DNA of 32,000 bases from assembly GCA_001275005.1 (NCBI GenBank), contig JWZX01003258.1, positions 7,533-39,532 of the forward strand. The letters run 5' to 3'. Below the pieces are notes generated by a model. That model did no database searches, was not told the DNA's origin, and saw nothing but the letters and a program-made list of their open reading frames with translations. The stretch's first letter is position 1, and each line of letters begins with the position of its first letter. Positions 30,901-32,000 of this stretch are shown here, piece by piece. This DNA comes from Chrysochromulina tobinii. Lineage: Eukaryota. The translations under genes and the position numbers were made by a program.

Positions 30901-32000
30901 CACCAAGATCAGGTTGGCGGCGGCCACCAGGGCGGCCAAAGGCTGCGGGTGACGGTCGTGTGCCACAGCGGTGGCGCGCTCGCAGCTGATACGTGCCAGA
31001 TGCAGCGCCATCAGAGAGGAAGAGCAGGCGGTGTCGATGGTGGCGGCTGGGCCCTGCATGCCTAGCACGAACGAGAGACGGCCGGACGCGACGGAGCCCT
31101 GCGAACCGGTCGCGGCGTACACGCTGCCACTGCTGCTGCCGTAGCCGCTGCTGCCTGCACCCAATGTGCTGCTCCTCCTCCTCGCAGTTAAGTCTGCGAG
31201 CAGAGCAAAGTCCGCATTCATCAGTCCGACGAAGACGGCCGCTCGGCAGCCGAGCAGCCGATCGCGGCGCTGACCAGCGTCGAGGAGGGATGCATAGCCG
31301 AGCTCGAGTAGGAGTCGCTGCTGCGGGTCCATCTCCCACACCTCGCCGGCCGGGATCACAAAGCTCGCGGCGTCGAAGTATTCGGCGCCGTACACGTAGC
31401 CGCCGTAGCTAGCGGCCGTCAGAGGCGCCGACTGCATGCGCTCGTCGAAGCTCGAGAGCGCAGCGGCTGCGCGGCCGGTCGGGCGCTGCTGCATGCCATC
31501 GCCAGCGCTCGCGCAGAGCTCTTGAAGGCTCGCCGCGCGCGTCACGCCTCCGGGCAAGCGCATGGCGGAGCCAGCGAGGCGCATCGCGTGTGGCGGTGCC
31601 GTAGCGCGGGTGCCCTCGACGCGCCGAGGCAGCTCCGACGGTGCGCACAGCTCGTGGTGAATGTAGCTGGCGAGCTGGCGGATGGTCGGGTGGTCGAACA
31701 CCACCGTCGGGCGCAGTGCGAGGCGCGGAGCGAGCGCTGTGTTGAGCAGCTGAACCAGCCGGCCCGTGTTGAGAGAGTCCACTCCGAGCTGCATCAAAGG
31801 CGCGTCTTCAAGGCCGCCGCCCGGATGGACCGGAAGCCCAAGTGAGTGCAGTGCCTGCAGTACGTGCTGCTCGTAGCTCGTGGACGTGGGGCAGGCGTCC
31901 ATGGGCCGCAGCTGAGCGAGCAGTTCTGCAACTTCCGGCCGAGTGGCGGGAAGCTCGGTTGGGCATCGCATCACCAGTTGCGGGAGCATGAACGGTGCCA
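3969..32000 (-). CDS. Giant AT-less hybrid type I PKS/NRPS, with two short introns and one apparent 1-nt frameshift; 5' end lies beyond the window
   Basis: Four large minus-strand ORFs are consecutive parts of one multidomain protein. The junction at 29.8 kb joins in frame after removing 66 nt. The junction at 19.3 kb splits an aminotransferase domain and rejoins as KALGAG|FPVG after removing 86 nt. The junction at 17.09 kb splits adenylation core motif A2 and needs +1 C. Total length with corrections is 27870 nt, divisible by 3. Upstream of 31989 the frame stays open (APF) to the window edge. Confidence 0.88.
3975..5345 (-). other. C-terminal class III PLP-dependent aminotransferase domain (AMT2)
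   Basis: CVFVTTGSEATTLAYRLCRIH; FENSYHGHFDAFLGFPAD; LVFDEVVTGFR; CYGKALGGGFPVGCVAG (PLP Lys codon 4506-4508); TYFEGTFHKHPLAMAAVGAVL. Stop at 3969-3971. Confidence 0.93.
5610..6720 (-). other. Divergent condensation-like / acyltransferase-like domain (C2)
   Basis: MLHLHHLLFDGFALRFLSDQ (HHxxxDG, approx. 6436-6457); VPLAEAFYATVIVLTLEAL; LGPFLLTDNCRDSSNS; C-domain-like layout. Confidence 0.62.
7000..7205 (-). other. Carrier protein domain (ACP7) with a non-canonical core
   Basis: WKALVQPSLGIWDAPLISSGLTSVGAVRLAARLRALTNYTLSPTLVFECPTAHAISDHL; carrier fold signature, but the core is GLTSV rather than GxDSL. Confidence 0.72.
7290..8535 (-). other. Ketosynthase domain KS6
   Basis: STSGRWPGG, MDPQQRLLLEHGY, IDTACASAL (Cys codon 8016-8018), VEAHGTGTALGDPTE, VKASVGHAEAA, GTSSFGYSGTIAHVV. 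Confidence 0.92.
8580..8820 (-). other. ACP domain (ACP6)
   Basis: ALKAESPLMEVGIDSLAATELASRLRALAG...ATLIFEHPTARAVAAHVL. Confidence 0.9.
9140..9655 (-). other. Ketoreductase domain (KR) of the KS5 module
   Basis: SYVITGGLGGLGVRAAGLLLKHGARRVVLSSRS; SGVLHAAGEN; MVFFSSVGSGLSNVGQASYAAANGSLDGLA. Confidence 0.88.
10255..11300 (-). other. Ketosynthase-like domain KS5, N-terminally reduced
   Basis: MDPIQRLHLERAYEAF, NNTACASALV (Cys codon 10980-10982), YEAHGTGTKLGDPIE, LKATTGHTEG, VSAFGLTGTIASAV. The canonical N-terminal IAIVGMxCRFPG stretch is not recognisable upstream. Confidence 0.85.
11515..11740 (-). other. ACP domain (ACP5)
   Basis: EPDTPLMEGGMDSLAVVHLRNELQRAVG...PTLAIDYPTVRTLFEYLV. Confidence 0.88.
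11985..12555 (-). other. Ketoreductase domain (KR) of the KS4 module
   Basis: IRVITGGLGGLGLIAARVIW; GVTHLASAFSSG; YSKHQAPYAAANSAIASLATFRR. Confidence 0.82.
12580..13240 (-). other. C-methyltransferase domain (cMT)
   Basis: FYNGCMQAVLQAVLKRQ; MVALEVGAGTGGTTSVLLPIL (SAM-binding motif); YVFTDVSRVFLVQAQTRF; FDLLIATNCLHAT. Confidence 0.88.
14255..15530 (-). other. Ketosynthase domain KS4
   Basis: GPVAIASANHRFPG, MDPQQRLLLEQ, YDTACSTAL (Cys codon 14994-14996), HEAHGTGTALGDPVE, VKACLGHTE, CVSSFGYSGTIAHAV. Confidence 0.92.
15565..15790 (-). other. Peptidyl carrier protein domain (PCP)
   Basis: LRRHLASDVALDAPLMDAGLNSLQSVVLVSQLADLFKLSLPATLLFEAPTTRLLSEYL. Confidence 0.85.
15835..17330 (-). other. NRPS adenylation domain (A1), split by an apparent frameshift at 17087-17090
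   Basis: [148 protein letters not shown]. Confidence 0.93.
17087..17090 (-). other. Apparent 1-nt deletion in a C run (frameshift) in adenylation motif A2
   Basis: Transcript strand TCGGCCTACTTCCCCTCGATCCCAAGTGG. Adding one C gives [18 protein letters not shown], the canonical A2 motif; without it the frame drifts and ends at 16889. Confidence 0.88.
17420..18700 (-). other. NRPS condensation domain (C1)
   Basis: LPVSSLQHQLLLHQQL; LLVVNVHHVAVDAVAMHLI (HHxxxDG-like, final G is A); VGTFVNTLPVRL; SRSAAYSPLFQTMF. Confidence 0.88.
18780..20060 (-). other. Class III PLP-dependent aminotransferase domain (AMT1), interrupted by intron B
   Basis: VTFVTTGTEATTLAARLARLH; FEGSYHGHFDGF; LIFDEVTTGLR; AVGKALGAG|FPVGAVGGSAYLMDG; TYFAGTFCKFPLSMAAVDAVL. 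PLP-binding Lys is in VGKALG. Confidence 0.9.
19234..19319 (-). other. Intron B (86 nt, GT-AG) with internal approx. 10-bp tandem repeats
   Basis: Transcript strand: GGGGCAG|GTAGCACTCCGACCTGAAAACCTCTGATTGCCTCTGATTGCCGCTGATTGCCACTGATGATGGCCATTGATTGCCTCCCTCATCAG|GCTTCCCGGTC. Splicing rebuilds the conserved KALGAGFPVGAVGG. The 3' end GCCTCCCTCATCAG is identical to that of intron A. Confidence 0.88.
20165..20385 (-). other. ACP domain (ACP4)
   Basis: LYDQLISLVRAMSWSDQLDTTVPLIHLGIDSLGWTEFVTSLG. Confidence 0.75.
20510..21740 (-). other. Ketosynthase domain KS3
   Basis: DPQQRLLLEHGYAALH, CDTACSAAL (Cys codon 21253-21255), VEAHGTGTELGDPIE, IKANVGHAEAA, GVSSFGYSGTIAHAV. Confidence 0.92.
21820..22065 (-). 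other. ACP domain (ACP3)
   Basis: DADAPLMEAGIDSLGAVELRNQLQAMVGG...STLVFDHPTARQLAEVL. Confidence 0.92.
22320..22870 (-). other. Ketoreductase domain (KR)
   Basis: LVTGGTSGLGLLTARWLAGRGAKRLALASRSG; GGVWHAAGVLADA; FVLFSSVAALLGGAGQANYASANACLD. Confidence 0.92.
22900..23870 (-). other. Enoylreductase domain (ER)
   Basis: [65 protein letters not shown]. Confidence 0.9.
24415..25200 (-). other. Dehydratase domain (DH)
   Basis: LSAVADHVVQGRIIFPGSGYLELARAA (HxxxGxxxxP), LQYGPGFRTL, HPADLDGALSL. Confidence 0.85.
25310..26560 (-). other. Ketosynthase domain KS2
   Basis: IVSGVSCKLPG, ETACSAS (Cys codon 26050-26052), VETHGTGTPLGDPIE, IKANLGHTEAT, GVSSFGYSGTIAHA. Confidence 0.93.
26677..26694 (+). repeat. 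CTG trinucleotide run coding poly-Gln on the minus strand
   Basis: ctgctgctgctgctgctg; encodes the QQQQQQ linker after ACP2. Confidence 0.8.
26700..26910 (-). other. ACP domain (ACP2)
   Basis: DLPFMEAGIDSLGAVELRNQLMARLG...ETVVFDFPTLRQLEQHV. Confidence 0.9.
27010..27960 (-). other. HMG-CoA synthase-like (HMGS/HCS) domain
   Basis: VYVPRHCV; YLCVGSQTALDRSKGIKSELMALLECGGQASVEGVDVYTCPGQEMAALQGCFHWIQGAHWDGRFAVAVCSDQTGPGGAMACAVLVGP, colinear with VGTET.IDKSKSVKT.LM.LFE..G...IEG.[21 protein letters not shown]...WDGR of HMG-CoA synthases. Confidence 0.85.
28127..28174 (-). repeat. In-frame 21-bp tandem duplication encoding MASERYL x2
   Basis: Plus-strand units gccatcaaataccgctcgctc (28127-28147) and gccatcagataccgctcgctc (28148-28168), then partial gccatc. 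Protein reads SMASERYLMASERYLMAF. Confidence 0.85.
28190..28675 (-). other. Degenerate crotonase-like domain
   Basis: IQAAIVEQSGVVVLTLPRVAFNVESMLASIAW...LHSFGVPIVCSADTELDGLAKIVWEAADFRIGSPHKNAF has a crotonase-like layout, but the HG.xGGG oxyanion motif is replaced by SADTELDG. Confidence 0.5.
29040..29807 (-). other. Enoyl-CoA hydratase/crotonase-family domain (ECH)
   Basis: LFDENTGVAVLELADPARFNTM...GRVFCAGASPH...PVPVVCAAHGALVGGGVAMFLQADARLAESEASFQHGNLSRGVCPVAG; oxyanion-hole-like CAGAS and HGALVGGG motifs. Confidence 0.82.
29808..29873 (-). other. Intron A (66 nt, GT-AG), introner-like, with a 15-bp flanking direct repeat
   Basis: On the transcript strand: CTCG|GTACGCTCGTCCGGGGTGATTGCCTCTTGATGACCTCTGATGACCTCTGATGGCCTCCCTCATCAG|GTACGCTCGTCCGG. 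The in-frame TGA inside it ends ORF 29824-31989. Removing 66 nt restores the frame into the ECH domain. The 15-mer CCGGACGAGCGTACC (plus strand) occurs at 29794-29808 and 29860-29874. Confidence 0.8.
30225..31530 (-). other. Ketosynthase domain KS1
   Basis: MDPQQRLLLE, DTACSSS (Cys codon 31027-31029), VETHGTGTALGDPTE, SLKANLGHAEP, GVSSFGYSGTIAHV. Confidence 0.92.
31650..31880 (-). other. Acyl carrier protein domain (ACP1)
   Basis: APLMQLGVDSLNTGRLVQLLN...PTVVFDHPTIRQLASYI; phosphopantetheine Ser in GVDSL. Confidence 0.85.

Noticed and set aside
3969-32000. Bacterial origin, as suggested by trans-AT-like and iturin-like domain logic
   Set aside because: Two short GT-AG insertions disrupt the frame inside conserved domains and share an intron-like family sequence. 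This favours a eukaryotic nuclear gene, though contamination cannot be fully excluded without the full contig.

Overview
The window is dominated by one minus-strand gene, read from 32000 down to 3969 and open at the window edge. It encodes a giant polyketide synthase / nonribosomal peptide synthetase hybrid. The ORF track splits it into four pieces (29824-31989, 19303-29769, 16889-19249, 3969-17204). I can rejoin them with two short GT-AG introns (66 nt at 29808-29873; 86 nt at 19234-19319) and one apparent 1-nt deletion in a C run (plus-strand G run 17087-17090). With these corrections the visible coding length from 31989 is 27870 nt, exactly divisible by 3, or about 9289 aa. The domain order I read is: ACP-KS1-[intron]-ECH-degenerate ECH-like-HMGS-like-ACP-KS2-DH-ER-KR-ACP-KS3-ACP-AMT1 (with intron)-C-A-PCP-KS4-cMT-KR-ACP-KS5-KR-ACP-KS6-ACP-C-like-AMT2-stop. 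No acyltransferase (AT) domain is recognisable after any of the six KS domains, and there is no thioesterase. The most notable observations are: (1) an AT-less PKS/NRPS mega-gene in an apparently eukaryotic, GC-rich genome, possibly algal; (2) a beta-branching-like ECH/HMGS cassette fused in cis, whose HMGS-like domain lacks the expected catalytic Glu; (3) two introns sharing about 10-bp internal repeats and the same 3' end, one flanked by a perfect 15-bp direct repeat (introner-like), the other absent from the homologous position of the second aminotransferase domain in the same gene; (4) an unusual C-like plus aminotransferase terminus. The left 3.9 kb holds two low-complexity hypothetical ORFs and an AT-richer intergenic segment.
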